64,000 nucleotides of DNA from Mytilus edulis (lineage: Eukaryota): the NCBI RefSeq assembly GCF_963676685.1, contig NC_092344.1:88412001-88476000 (forward strand), in the 5' to 3' direction. Both the position numbers and the translations under genes were made by a program. Below, in pieces: positions 1 to 12,885 of this stretch (positions are counted from its first letter, which is position 1; the number at the start of each line of letters is the position of its first letter). The notes below the pieces were generated by a model. The model saw only the letters and a program-made list of their open reading frames with translations, did no database searches and was not told the origin of the DNA.

Positions 1-219
1 CGTACTGTCTATTTTAATTCGTAAACCGAGTTATTGTTTTGTTTTTTTCTGACATGACATTGATTGTATCGTTTGCACAGTACAGTGTATTTATAATAGC
101 TTCTCCTCTTGAATCTCTGAATTATGATTTGATAAAATGTTAGTATGAACCGAATAATTAGTTTATTTGAACTATTTTGAGGAATGCCTTCAGCAAATCA
201 CAGACTTTCTACATTTGAT

Positions 220-392
220 ACCAGGCATAGATAACCTTAGCCGCACAACTTGTTTTAATGTGGGTCATCAATGCTCTTTAACTTTGTATTTTTTTGGATT
301 TCTTACTATTCTGAGCGTCAATGATTAGTTTTATGTAGATAAAACGCGCGTCTGACGTATTAGATTATAAACCTGGTACCTTTGATAACTAG
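220..392 (+). mobile_element. Partial retrozyme-like copy with decayed hammerhead (313-359)
   Basis: GAGCGTCAaTGATtAGTtTTATGTAGAtaAAACGCGCGTCTGACGT followed by CCTGGTACCTTTGATAACTA; reverse complement of part of 50183-50542. Confidence 0.75.
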
Positions 393-689
393 TTGCTTTG
401 TCATTGTATTAACTGGAGTACGCATTTTGTATTTGCGATCCATCCTAAACCTCTTACAGTATTATTAAACCTTTTTCAGCATTTTGTTAATTCATTTGAA
501 ATAAATTTTGGATTCCCTCAGAAAATATTTTTTTTTCATTGATACTACGAGATAGGGTAGCATTTTGTAAGCTCTGCTTGCAGTAGTACCTATAGTTTTA
601 TAGTTGCAATTGAGCTTTAATCTAGCTTTCAGTCTTTTTTGCGTGTACTCTATGGTCTGTATGTGGTGTCCTATTTGATATTTGTGTTT

Positions 690-1000
690 GTGTTGACTAT
701 CGATTGATTAATCAATCCCATTTCAACTGGTGTTCTCATTTTGTTCTTGTGGTGAAATGATACACCTCTCTCCTAGGTAAGGGTTATATGATTGAGCGCC
801 GGTGACTGCCCGATGGTTGTAATCACGTGGTCGTCGTTGGTTTCTGTCTGTCCTATCTTCATGTATAAATCAGGCCGTTGTTTTCTTAAGAATTGTTTCA
901 TATTTTGTCATTCCAGTGCCTTTTATGGCTCACTTAATAAAAGGTAAGGACAGTGAATTGTAATTGTTCACATCTTAGTCTTATGGGATAGCTGCCTCGT
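690..1000 (+). mobile_element. SINE-like family 1, decayed copy
   Basis: Patchy similarity to 12370-12780 (CAGGCCGTTG.TTTTCT, CCTTTTATGGCT, GGATAGCTGCCTC). Confidence 0.45.
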
Positions 1001-2439
1001 TTTTTGTTGTTGTTGTTGCTGTTGTTTTTTTTTTTTTAATGTTTATCATACTTAACAGTATAAAACAGACTTCGTAGTTCCAGATTCAATGGAGACATCA
1101 TAATAATGAACTAGGTCATGAACTGCCAATGCTCATACCTCATATACTACAAAGTGACAATTTTTAAAATTGTGTGCTTTCGAAGCGCTTTAATGGATTT
1201 AATTCATCACGGACGCTTAACCCCTAACATTTAAAAATCCAGGATTGGGTATATCTGTAGAAGCTGCAAGAGCTGTATGACTATTAGGATCCTAAAAATG
1301 ATATCCAAATTTATCAGAGGTCAGTTTTGCTTGGGGGAGTGGAAACCTAAAATAATGTCACAATTACTAGTAGTTAAACACCCCCGTAGTAGTACTTGCA
1401 TATGCATTATGAACAATTAAGTGATACTTAAATATGATGACATAGAAATCATACTATATACTGTATAGATAATCAAACGAAAGGTTAACAATGATATGGC
1501 GTCCAGGTTACGTAATTTTGAGGAGGAAGAACTGTTAATCTTTTGAACTCGTATCAAGATCTTAAAATTGATCGGAACATGATACCATGTTTTCTTTAAA
1601 GAAGGCGTCATATATTCATTCCACTTTGTTTGTTAATTTATCATATTATTTATATACGGAAATTGTACAATTTATACTATATGAGCATGCAATTTTGAAT
1701 TCCAGAAAGTAATTTGTAGATTTTTTCATGTTTTATGTAAATTGTTGTAACACTTTTAGATTATCTACCGAATTGGTTTGACCTTGCAGAAAATTTTGTA
1801 AAGCCTTTTTTTATTGACCAATGCCATTGAATAATGAAGTCTATCGAAAAATTAAAAAAAAACACTTTATAACTTTGTTGCGTCCAAACCGCTTTTCAAG
1901 ATGTTTAGTTTTGTTTAACTTTATTATAATCAATGTAAGAACCAATAAAAACCATATTAAAATATCTTACTTCTTTGAGTATAAGATTAATGCGTTTGTA
2001 TGAATCGTATTTAAAACGTTGTATCTATGATGGAATTTTAAACAGTTTTAAGCCATTTGTCGCAACGAAATCTCTTCCTCAATTTTTCACTAGCTATTGT
2101 CTAAGGCGTCAGACGACGCGATTTTGTCGAATTCGGTTACAATTGATGTACATTTGTAGGCGTCTATTAATTGTGTTACTATGCCGGTAACATTACATCG
2201 TGGTAATCTTTCCTGGAATTATTGTTTTTAGAATGACCAAAGTTCTTCTAAAATCTTTTATTGCAAAGGGTTTTTAGAACAAAACGTTTTAACATTAATA
2301 CCAAAATCATGAATACATTCAGTTAGTGGATATATGTTTTGAAAATAACTGTCAGCGTCTATTGTGGTGCTATACGTTTATTTTGTAGAGTGGTATTGCA
2401 AAGATAACTGTTTCTATACAAAGTTTCCCATGTCTATAG

Positions 2440-2775
2440 ATATAAGAATATGTGGTATCAGCGCCAAATAGACAACTCCCCATCAAAGTCACAATTTGTA
2501 AAAGTAAACCATTATAGGTCAAAGAACGGTCTTCAACACTGGGCTTTGGCTCACAATGAATAGCATGATATATAAATGGCTCCCAAATTACTTGTGTAAA
2601 ACCATTCACACAGGAAAACCAACGATCTTATCTATAATAAAAAAAAAACAAGAAACGAGAAGCACTTATGAACCACATCAACAAACAACAACCATTGAGC
2701 ATCAGGTTCCTGAATTATGAAAGGTGCAAATAAATGCGTTTTAATAGGTAGCAACCTTTATCCTTACCTAAAACA
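2440..2775 (-). mobile_element. SINE-like family 1 copy
   Basis: Aligns with 9062-9410 (GTAAACCATTATAGGTCAAAG..CGGTCTTCAACAC). Confidence 0.65.
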
Positions 2776-3616
2776 AACATCATAAAATTCAGGATCACTT
2801 TAAATAGATATAAAGGCCAGACAAGCTTTATTTAAAACTAATATTTGTACAAAAGCTACATTCTTGATTCATCCTACACCATTCTTCTTATGGGCAGTAC
2901 ATTAATTCACTTAAAGAACATTTTGTTCATTTGGAACTTTTGGAAATTTTCATGGAAACAAAATTTCGATCCAAACGAAATTTTGAAGTCGCTCATAGGA
3001 AGTTAGGATTTTTCATGGATAAAGCTTTTAGGATTTTTTCAATGGGAATTATCATTATTTTCTCCCGGGAATCTTATATTTCATTGAAAAATACAAATGA
3101 CATTCTGAAGTGACCTTGGTGACAGGTGTCATTATTTTTGTATAACTTTTTTCTTTCCTTGTTTTGATAAAAATATTGCCATTTCGAATTTAATGTTACC
3201 TAAAATTGGTATAATCCTACATTCTCCAGACTCGTTCGACGCATTCTATATATGTTTGTTCATTATTTTTACTTGTTTTGCAAGCTGCTTCTGCTAGATT
3301 GTCATTTATCTAATGTTATTTCGTTTTTTCGTCCCGTTAGTTATTTGGCTACAAAAAGGTGTATGTAATGTTGTAACGATTATCGCTATTTTACGAAATT
3401 TACCTTTGATCTTACTGACTGATCATTTCCTTTCTCAGCACAGTAAAAGTGATTTGAAAAACTATCGCTAGAAACTAAGGCGCACGTTCCCGTTGTTAAT
3501 GAAATTATAGGTAAACAGTGGTAAACAGATTATCATAGTACCGGCTCAAACGAGAAAATCAATCACGTTGGGCTGACCAACGATAATCTATAATTATCAG
3601 ATGTGAATAAAATAGA

Positions 3617-4068
3617 TGGTCCGAGACCACAGTTATTTCCTAGTGCTTTTCTTTTAGACAATATTAGAAAATTAAAAAAATCCCACCTGCGCTTTCTAAA
3701 TAATATTTTTACAGTGTGTTGTACTACTTTTGGGACACATTATATCAAAATTATAGAAAACTTCATCAGCTCTAACTCAAAATATGGACAATTTTATGTT
3801 AAGGGGGTCATGAAATATTTTGACAGCTTCCGAAATGCTAATTTTTAACCTTTTTCGGCTGAACCAAATCACTACTTGACTTTCAAATTCATGACCCAAA
3901 TTTTTTTATAGTGTAATTTCATCTCCCTACTTGGTATTTGAGGCATAAAACATGAAGAAATAAATTTGGAAGAGGTATAGAAAAAATTAGCAAGTAACAA
4001 ACTGTCCACACTCGGGACTATATTCATGGCAACGAAAATCAAGGGACAATAACTGTGTACTCGGACCA
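3617..4068. mobile_element. MITE-like element with 21-bp imperfect TIRs
   Basis: TGGTCCGAGACCACAGTTATT ... AATAACTGTGTACTCGGACCA (19/21 match); flanked by GA on both sides. Confidence 0.6.
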
Positions 4069-6332
4069 GATTCCTAATGCGATGTCATTTTTTTTTTTAT
4101 AATTATAAGTATTGAATAGTCGTTGCTATCTCAAAAATAGAAAAAAACATTATTAAATATGAACAACATTCTTTTTGTCAGTTTATATTTTAAACTATTG
4201 ACTTAACACCTTTTATTTCCGATTAATATGGGCATATTTGTTTTTATTTTCACAAAAGTAAAATAATAAATCTAAAATAGGTATTATTGAAATTATGTAT
4301 TTTTAGTTTAAACAATATTTTATTTTTCTAATAAAAGTGCACGAAATATAATTATTCAATTTAAATACTGGGATTCGGAAACAAGAAAAACTTATATAAA
4401 TCCGTCTTACTAAGTGTTTTTAAAATAAGACATACATACATGTATAAACAAATTATTGGTCAAATATCAAAGAAGCATCAAAATGTGTCAATGTATGTTG
4501 ACGTTTCTTAAAGGAAGTTCCTTACATAGTCTATAGTAGATCTATCTAAAAGATCATAAATGTCGTCGCGGTTTCCTTTTATCACTCATCGATTATTATT
4601 TTTATGATTTTTATACAAAATCCATAGCGGCCGGTGTGATCTTAAATCATTACAATACATCTTTCCTTCTTATTGCCCAGTAATGGCTATTCAATTAAAT
4701 GTGGGCGGGTTATATTGTAAATCTTGTCAGAGCTAATCATTGCCATAATAATCAATGTCATTTTTGGTCAATAGTTAAACAATTAGTTGTATTAATTGTA
4801 CGTGGATCGGACAATTGACAGCACGTGTCATAATTCCAGATGTAATATAATAATAATGAAAGTTGTGCTTGCCAATGAAACACTGAACCATTCACCAGAG
4901 CAGTTCATAAAAATCGCAATGTGCATTTTTTTTCTAGCATATTACTTTAATCTTATTTTAGTAAAATATAGATACTTCACGTTAAAAAGAAATTGATACA
5001 ATTATATAAATAAATGAAAAAAATATATCCTAATGATACGTAAAACATTGGATATGTTCCATACTAAAATATATGTGAAATGTTTATAGCGAGACAGTCA
5101 TAGTGTACACATGGACTAATTCTACTAATAATGCATTTTGTTTCGCTTTATGATTGTTTGAGAAAGAAATGATAGACAGTAATCGAAGCGAGTTGAGTAA
5201 ATAAAGTCTAAATGTATATTATTCTATTTACTTATACCCCTTTCGTTATGCCCGCGTCACACTGTCCCGATTTTTACGCCGATGGCAACACGATAATGGA
5301 AATTTTCAAAATCGGGACTGATCGTATCAAGATCGGGCTATTCGTAGTGCCATCTTTAACCATCGTAGAACCATCGGCCACTTTTTCTAGCCTTCGGGGA
5401 CAACTTCGGGAAGGGTTCTAAATTTTTTAACATGTTAAAAAATCCCCGAAGGTGCGTCCGATGTTGAGGGTTCGTATTGAGTCCGTATCACCATCCTCAC
5501 TATCGTAATGTCACCGGGAATGCATCTTTGCACATCGTATTGCATTCGTGTTTCCATCGTTTCCATCGGGCAGTTTTGACATTACGATGTCTACACGAAT
5601 GAATCACGAAGATACCCGAAGGTCTTACGATGGCAACACGACTTCGTGAAGACCTCGTAATCCCGTCCTGTTGCCATCGAATAAAAGTACGAAGGCGACA
5701 AGATGGAACTACGACGGCAATAAATCCAACTAAATGTAAGTTAATTTTCGCGTTAAAATACATTTAAAGTGCCATGCGCGATATGCACCGGTCAGTCTAA
5801 TATGACAGTTAAGAAAGACGTTCACAAAACATGGAGCTCATATCATATGATTCTATGAGAACAAGAAAGGCGACAGCGTTGTTTCTATTAATTCAAATGG
5901 AACAAGAAGAGCAGCTATTACAGGCTCAGGATTTACTTTTACAAATAAAATATTATTTTTGTCAATTTTCCATATCAAGTAACATAATGAAAATCATAAA
6001 CGCGCAGCCCTCGTACACCAACACTGCAGGTACATGTTTATAGGGAAACCAACTTTTTCTTCATTATTCTGATTTTTTTATGTATCGTCTGAGTTGTTGT
6101 CACACGAATGTTAACTCCATAACCATTTTGTTTTCTATATGTCATATTTTGCCGCATTTGTTGCTTTCCCCACATCCTTCCTTTTGTCTATATTATTATG
6201 ATATTCTCCTGGAAAGAGCTCTTTTTGAATAAAAGGGATCAACGAACCCATTACATTACCTTTAAGATAAATCAGTAAACATGGGCATAATTATGGGTGA
6301 TTATTCAGACTAGTGCACACATTTTACAGTTC

Positions 6333-6845
6333 AAACAAGGCAATGCCGAGCGTGGCATCCCCTCGTATGTAACATATTGGGGACAAATATGGACACTATA
6401 TTTGTATATACACATGCAGAAAATGGTAAATTGAATATGCATATTTGATACATAAACTATTTTTCTAGAAATCAACCAAAACATTCAGTAACTGGAAATA
6501 TACCTTTAATATTGTCTTTATAACCAGCAGGTAAAAAAATGAGCAACCAATTCCTGTGTATTATGCTATTTCAAGGAGAAAAACAAGTCCATCTGCATGA
6601 CCTTGACCTTTGGCCTTGAACGTAAAAAATGTCAGATCATTACAAGGAGGAACAATATACCAAATGTGGTTAAAATCTTTTGAAGCATATTGGTTTTAGA
6701 GTGTCCACAAGGGTGATATTGCCTTGTATTAAAACTGCCACTGTGACCTCGACCTTTGAACTTTAAAGTCAATAGCGCTTAAGATATTCTTAACAAGTAA
6801 CACCATACCAAGTTTTGAGCATTTTGGGTCTAGAGTGTCAATAAC
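6333..6845 (-). mobile_element. Helentron-associated (HINE/pearl-like) fragment nested inside the Harbinger-type element
   Basis: AACAAG followed by the hairpin ATGCC-gagcgt-GGCAT at one end; two ~146-bp core repeats starting TGACCT(T/C)GACCTTTG (6598, 6744). Confidence 0.5.
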
Positions 6846-6985
6846 AATTTTATATTAATAAACTAAGTTTTATAAGAATTAGACAAAAAGATCGATTTCC
6901 CGCCATGCATGGCAGACTTGTACAGAAACGATATGTTGTCGAAATTCTGTTCGTATCTTTTAGACATCGTATGGCCATCGCGCCA

Positions 6986-7076
6986 TCATCGTAATCCATC
7001 GTGTAGCCTTCGTAATCCATAGTGAAGCCTTCGTAATCCATCGTGTAGCCTTCGTGATCCATCGTGTAGTCTTCGG
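6986..7076. repeat. 21-bp tandem repeat (~4 copies) in the transposon subterminal region
   Basis: Unit CTTCGTAATCCATCGTGTAGC; explains the YTMDYEG repeats of ORF 6850..7227. Confidence 0.85.
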
Positions 7077-9061
7077 CTGAGATATGAAGCTTAAATACCC
7101 GTCTTCGGTTAACCTTCGTATGTCCATCTTTTGCTATCGTATATAATTTCGGCACCATCGTATAGACTTCGTTATTCATCGTACTTTCTTCTGTCACCTT
7201 TTGGTATTTTAACGAGATCGGGACCAACTTCGTACGAACTTACAATTTTCGCATTCGGGTGTCCATCGTATATAAAAATCGGGACAGTGTGACGCGGGCA
7301 TTAGCAAAAGTCTCCTGCTCACAAACTTGGAAGAGTGCTGAATACTTGAAGCCCACAGGTTTTAAGAAAATTAATTCGGTCAACTTTTGGAATTCTAACA
7401 TTTGCATATTTATCTTAAGTACAGCTGCTGGTTATCAAACCATCTATTTAAGTTTTGAACGCGGTTTGATATTTAAGACAATCGAAATTCCGTATTTGTG
7501 CATTGACAAAGTGGCTGAAGTTATTTACTAAAATGATCACTATTTATTTAAAAAAGGAAACTTAATACGAATCATTTTTCAGAATTCCTCTTTCAGCTAA
7601 ATGTGTGCCTTAATCACTTACGATACGATATTTCTCTTGATTACTTCGGACTTTTTTAAAATCCATTATGAAATAATAAAAGTATAATTCCAAAATCATA
7701 ACCTTCGACACATTTTCCAGGAATTGTCTTTGTACTAATTACATGTGCTCCCTGTAAAACTGAATGCGCGCTATAAAAATATTCTGCAATAAATGCAGCA
7801 TGTGATACGTACATGGACTTTTTTGGAAACAAAATAAATGCTTACTAGTTGTTTCGAATGAAGAATCGAACAAACATTCACAGATATAATAACACAACTG
7901 ACAACTGTAAAAATAAACGTAACTGTAACATATAATGAGGTCTATCAAATAGTTCAATATTAAGTTAAAATCTCAAAAGTACGGTTACCGAACCATGAGG
8001 AAAAACCCAAATGGAAATTCCGCAATCAAATGGCAAAAGCTCAAGAGGGTTACATAATTCCAATCTACTTTTTACCATTTTGTTTGTCATGATTTAAGAC
8101 GACGGATGATACCAGTAAAGAATGAAGTGTTTTTATCTTCCTAAATGACGAACAAAATTAATCCTTAGCGCTTTCCAATATAGAATATTTTGAACTATCG
8201 TCTTGTTAATTTGTTTTATGTTATCGAAATTTACACTTCTGTGAAATCTCTTTTCGGTCTATGGTTCTTAATAACAACATATTTCATACAGCCTCCGATA
8301 TAACACATATTTGATTTGGGAACGGCATCTCTTGCAGCACAAAATAACTTAGAAATGGCAACAATCAAAGCAGTTAAACAAGAAACAACTAAGAAAAAAG
8401 TTATTCTTGACCAAACCTCAAGATACCATCGACATATTGTTGGACACCAACTTCTACTGACAAAATCAACATATATTTGTTTTAAAAGACAGGCAAAAGC
8501 CCAAACGCGATATTTAAACTCATAAGTTGATAAATACTGACAATGTCATATTCAAAAAATCTCGCATTTATACTACGGTGCTAAGTCTTATTTTATGATG
8601 CCACATCTATTGGAACGTACATGTATATATATAGCCGTTGTCATCTGTAAACAGATATTCCGTACCAATAAACTTACTAGGGATAGCGTTCATTAAAAGC
8701 CATGAGCCATGTCGCTAAATAAATACATTTAAGTTGTGAAGAACCAGTCTTTACATTCGACTGGAACAATTTTGAACATGTTTTTTTAAATGCCACATGC
8801 TCATATATTTTTTTAATTTTGACTTCAAAATGTTTCAGTTTTTGTTTTAACTTTAGGCCTATTTGGTTTTTATCCTTCCAACTGTTCATCATTTGGATTC
8901 CCAAGCATTTAGTTTCGAGAAATGATGGTTTTTCCAGAAAGTAATGTACACTGACATTGGAGTTATATGTTTTTATTGTAGATTATAAATAAAATGTGTC
9001 GCATTATTTTAATTCATGTTTATGAAATAACAATTGCTCTTATAAATATGCATAAAGTCCA

Positions 9062-9480
9062 TAGATATAGGAAGATGTGGTGTGAGTGCCAATGAGACAA
9101 CTCTCCATACAAATAACAATTTAAAAAGTAAACCATTATAGGTTAAAGTACGGTCTTCAACACAGAGCCTTGGCTCACACCGAACAACAAGCTATAAAGG
9201 GCCCCAAAATTACTAGTGTAAAACCATTCAAACGGGAAAACCAACGGTCTAATCTATATAAACAAAACGAGAAACGAGAAACACGTATATATTACATAAA
9301 CAAACGACAACTACTGTACATCAGATTCCTGACTTAGGACAGGTGCAAACATTTGCAGCGGGATTAAACGTTTTAATGGATCCAAACCTTCTCCCTTTTT
9401 CTGAAACAATAGATAACATCACAACAAAGAAAAACATACGATAAAGTATCAATTGGCAGACTTAACTCAATCAAAAAACG
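9062..9480 (-). mobile_element. SINE-like family 1 copy
   Basis: GAAGATGTGGTGTGAGTGCCAATGAGACAACTCTCC...TTCCTGACTTAGGACAGG... Confidence 0.7.
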
Positions 9481-11023
9481 TATGACTAAACAATGAACGA
9501 ATAAATTTGATCTGCGATATCTGAATACAAATGCACAGTTAATTAAATATTAGAGACAAACATTCATGACCAAAAAGCTAACAAACAAATTCAAACACAG
9601 GACATGACTGAGAAATATTTAACCAATCAATGTTCACTTTAGAAAAAAAAACCGTTTTTTTTATAATCTTGAAGTTTATACAAATGTTGTAAGAATAGGT
9701 GAAAAATTGAAGATATTACAAATAATGAAAGCTGGTGTACAGACAAGATCCATATAAATAGAAAATAACAAAAAAGGATTATAAACAGTATCAACAGTTC
9801 TTTTGTCATCGTATCAAGGCTGGTGTTGTCTGATAATTGTCAAGAAGTTCAGTGTCGAGACATTTGTTGATTAAGCTAGTTGTATTTCTCAGACTTGCAT
9901 GCTAAATTTTTTTTCATTGTACAGAAATTTAATTTTTGGAATATAAAACACCGGACAAAACTTTTGTCATTGCATAATCGAAAATTCAATGTCTGACTTT
10001 TCAGTTGATAAAAAAAAAAAAGAGGAACAAATTTCACCTGCTTATGAAAACATATGATTATCTGTATGTTTAACATGGGAATGGCTCAAAATTTAATGTC
10101 AACTTTACAGTTTTTCAAGCAATTTTCAATTTTATTATAAATGATGTTTTCAAGAATGATATCTATTTAGCACCTGAAAATATTATCAATACATTTAGAC
10201 TTTTAACAACTTCTCCTTTGTGTTTTTCATTAGCACACAAAGTGTGTGTTTTTTTATGCACTTTTTTTTTAAACTAAAATAGTATTAAACACATTGATGT
10301 CACGGTGAACGGGGGTGATAAACTTACTGGCACTTTTATGCCATTTAGGTTTGTGAGTGAGCAACTTAGACAAGTCAACACGAGGACAACCTCTAAAAAA
10401 CTGTAACCTTTACATTTCCCAAACACAAAAAAGTTCAATTTTTTATAAATATTTTTCTTAATGGCAAATCCACATTTGACATGTCGTAAACTATAGGATT
10501 CAAAATTGACTTGCTGAAATCTATATTTCTATATATTATTATGGAACCATGTATTATCTGGAAAGTTAGGTCCGTCAAATTTTACGGAGTTCCATTTTAA
10601 ATTCTTTATCGTAACTCTACGAAAGTGAAAGAAACAGCAATACGTCAAAACTTTTTAAAATAAGAACGGGATCACTATGGCGATAATTATATATATAGTC
10701 ATAACCGTGATCATAGTTGAAGGCTGCTCTCTTGTTGTTAATTGCTTACATCCACTTCATTTGAACTTTAGTTGTTAGTTGTCTCATTTTCAATCAAACC
10801 ACACTTCTTTTTATTTTTATAGTTTATTAGATGATACCTTGTTTTATATTTAATCTTAATTCACTTTATCTAAAAACAGAGTAAGTACATTTGAAAAGAC
10901 AAAACTCACCTCACCTCACCTATTCTCTTCATGCCGGTCGGCAATTAAAGGCCCTAAAAGACAAAACTATATTTATTAAAATATACATGTTTGGACCGCT
11001 ATGGTCGTTCTAACCGTTATTAT

Positions 11024-11313
11024 CACGCTGAAAGACGATAGTTTGACGCTGAAGTACGACTATTTGATGCTGAATTACGATTGTTTGACGCTGATCTACT
11101 ATTGTGTGACGCTTGAATAAGTGTTTGACGCTTAAGGACCATTGTGTGACGCTGAAGTAAGATTATTTGACGATAAAATACGATTGTATTATGCTGGTGT
11201 ACTGTTGTGTGATGCTTAAGTAAGAGTGGTTGACGCTAAAGGACGGTTGGTTGACGCTGAAGTACGGTTGTTTGACACTGAAATATGATTGTGTAACGCG
11301 GAAGTACGATTGT
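11024..11313. repeat. 21-bp minisatellite (~13-14 copies)
   Basis: Consensus TTTGACGCTGAAGTACGATTG repeated in tandem with divergence. Confidence 0.85.
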
Positions 11314-11683
11314 AATGCCATCTTATTAAACAACGATGTATTATAATATTTTCAATATTTTCTATGTTCCCTTGTCGCTGAAGAAGTATTTTTTAAACTT
11401 AATTAATCTTCGTCAGTTTGCAGGAGAATGAAATAGGAACATCTAGCATCAATCAGTAAACTTTTAATCAGATACATGTAAGTACCATGCGATTCAAAAA
11501 TATACTTCATATGGCGGTTCGAGAACACAATTTTAAGAAGACTTTGCAATTTTCAAACTATGAACTTGGTTCGCTGAGGTGACAACTACCTTTCCCACTC
11601 AACTGAGTCATTCTTCCGGAGTTCTAGCCTTTATCGTGGCATTTATAATGGTTACTTCCATATTTGGTATTTAATCGATGTAC

Positions 11684-12885
11684 AATAAGAAGATGTGATA
11701 TGATTGCCAATCAGACAACTTTCCACAAGAGACCAAAATGACACAGAAAATAACGAATAAAGGTCACCACACGGTCTTCAAAAAAGACCATACCACATAG
11801 TCAACTTCAAAAAGTCCTGAATTGACAGTGAATACAGTTCAGACCAGAAAACTAACGGCCTACTCTATGTACAAAATAATGAACAAAAAAACGAAGATGT
11901 TACACCGCAACAAACGCCAACCTCTAAATTGCAGACACCTGACTTGGGAAACGCAAGGAATGTGGCGGGTTAAATCGTTTTGAGACGCCAAACCTCCCCT
12001 GACCTGGGACAGTTGGGTAACAGTACTATGCAAGAACAAACTATAAAAATCTGTTGAAAAAGGCTAAACCCATCAGATGGATACTAATAGAAAACATTTA
12101 ACTAAAATACACAGTGGATATACTTAAATATTCCACCGACAAAAAGAAACTAGCATTGCACAAGGTCATGTTTTTCTCCGACTGTTTATGACGTCTTTAC
12201 ACTAAATCCATTGGATGCTGGATGTGTACGGATTGATAATTTAGTCTTAGATGCATGATTTTTTATTAGTTGGTAGTGGCTTTGAACTAGCTGTCAGTTA
12301 ACTGCGAGTACTCTCAGATCTGTACCTAGTGCCTTTTTGTTAGGATGTACAAGTACCCGGCCACGTCCACTTGTATTTTTATCAATCTGTTAAGTTAAGC
12401 CTTTTTCAACAAATTTTTATAGTTCGTTCTTATGTTGTACTGTTATACCACTGTCCCAGGTTAGGGGAGGGTTGTGATCCCGCTATCATGTTTAAACCCG
12501 CCACATTCTGTATGTATGTGCGTGTCCCAAGTCAGGAGCCTGTAATTCAGTGGTTGTCGGTTGTTTATGAGTTACATATTTGTTTTTCGTTCATTTTTTG
12601 TACATAAATTAGGCTGTAAGTTTTCTCGTTTGAATTGTTTTACATTTATTACATTTATTTTTTTAGCTTACTTTGCGGTATGGATTTGCTCATTGTTGAA
12701 GGCCGTACGATGACCTATAATTATAGTTAATTTCTGTGTCATTTTGGTCTCTTGTTGAGTGTTGTCTCATTGGCAATCATACCACATCTTCTTTTTTTTA
12801 TATTAAGTACAGACCTTTTCTACTCGCAGTTCCTGACAGCTAGCTCAAAGCCTATAACAACTAATACAAAAAGTCATACATCCAA
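11684..12885 (-). mobile_element. SINE-like family 1 copy, split by the opposite-orientation copy at 12153-12800
   Basis: 11684-12152 is the reverse complement of the family 3' part. Homology resumes at 12805 (AGTACAGACC...ACTCGCAGTT..CTGACAGCTAG). Confidence 0.7.
12153..12800 (+). mobile_element. SINE-like interspersed repeat family 1, long copy
   Basis: Core ...CCCGCCACATTCTGTATGTATGTGCGTGTCCCAAGTCAGGAGCC... ending CTCATTGGCAATCATACCACATCTTCTTTTT; many homologues in the window. Confidence 0.75.

Larger units (their letters stand above)
5249..7300. mobile_element. Non-autonomous PIF/Harbinger-type DNA transposon
   Basis: Perfect 28-bp TIRs TGCCCGCGTCACACTGTCCCGATTTTTA (5249-5276 / 7273-7300) flanked by TTA on both sides (3-bp TSD). 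GC-richer subterminal regions full of CATCGT/CTTCGT motifs; no transposase ORF. Confidence 0.85.

Noticed and set aside
6850-7227. 125-aa ORF with YTMDYEG repeats
   Set aside because: Explained by the 21-bp tandem repeat in the transposon subterminal region; no domain or splice support.
8677-8904. Lys-rich 75-aa ORF near a GTAAGT donor, possibly a Myb/SANT-like transposon protein
   Set aside because: Too little motif similarity to call.
11024-11313. Regular short repeats resembling a CRISPR array
   Set aside because: Contiguous 21-bp tandem units without unique spacers, no cas genes, eukaryotic context.
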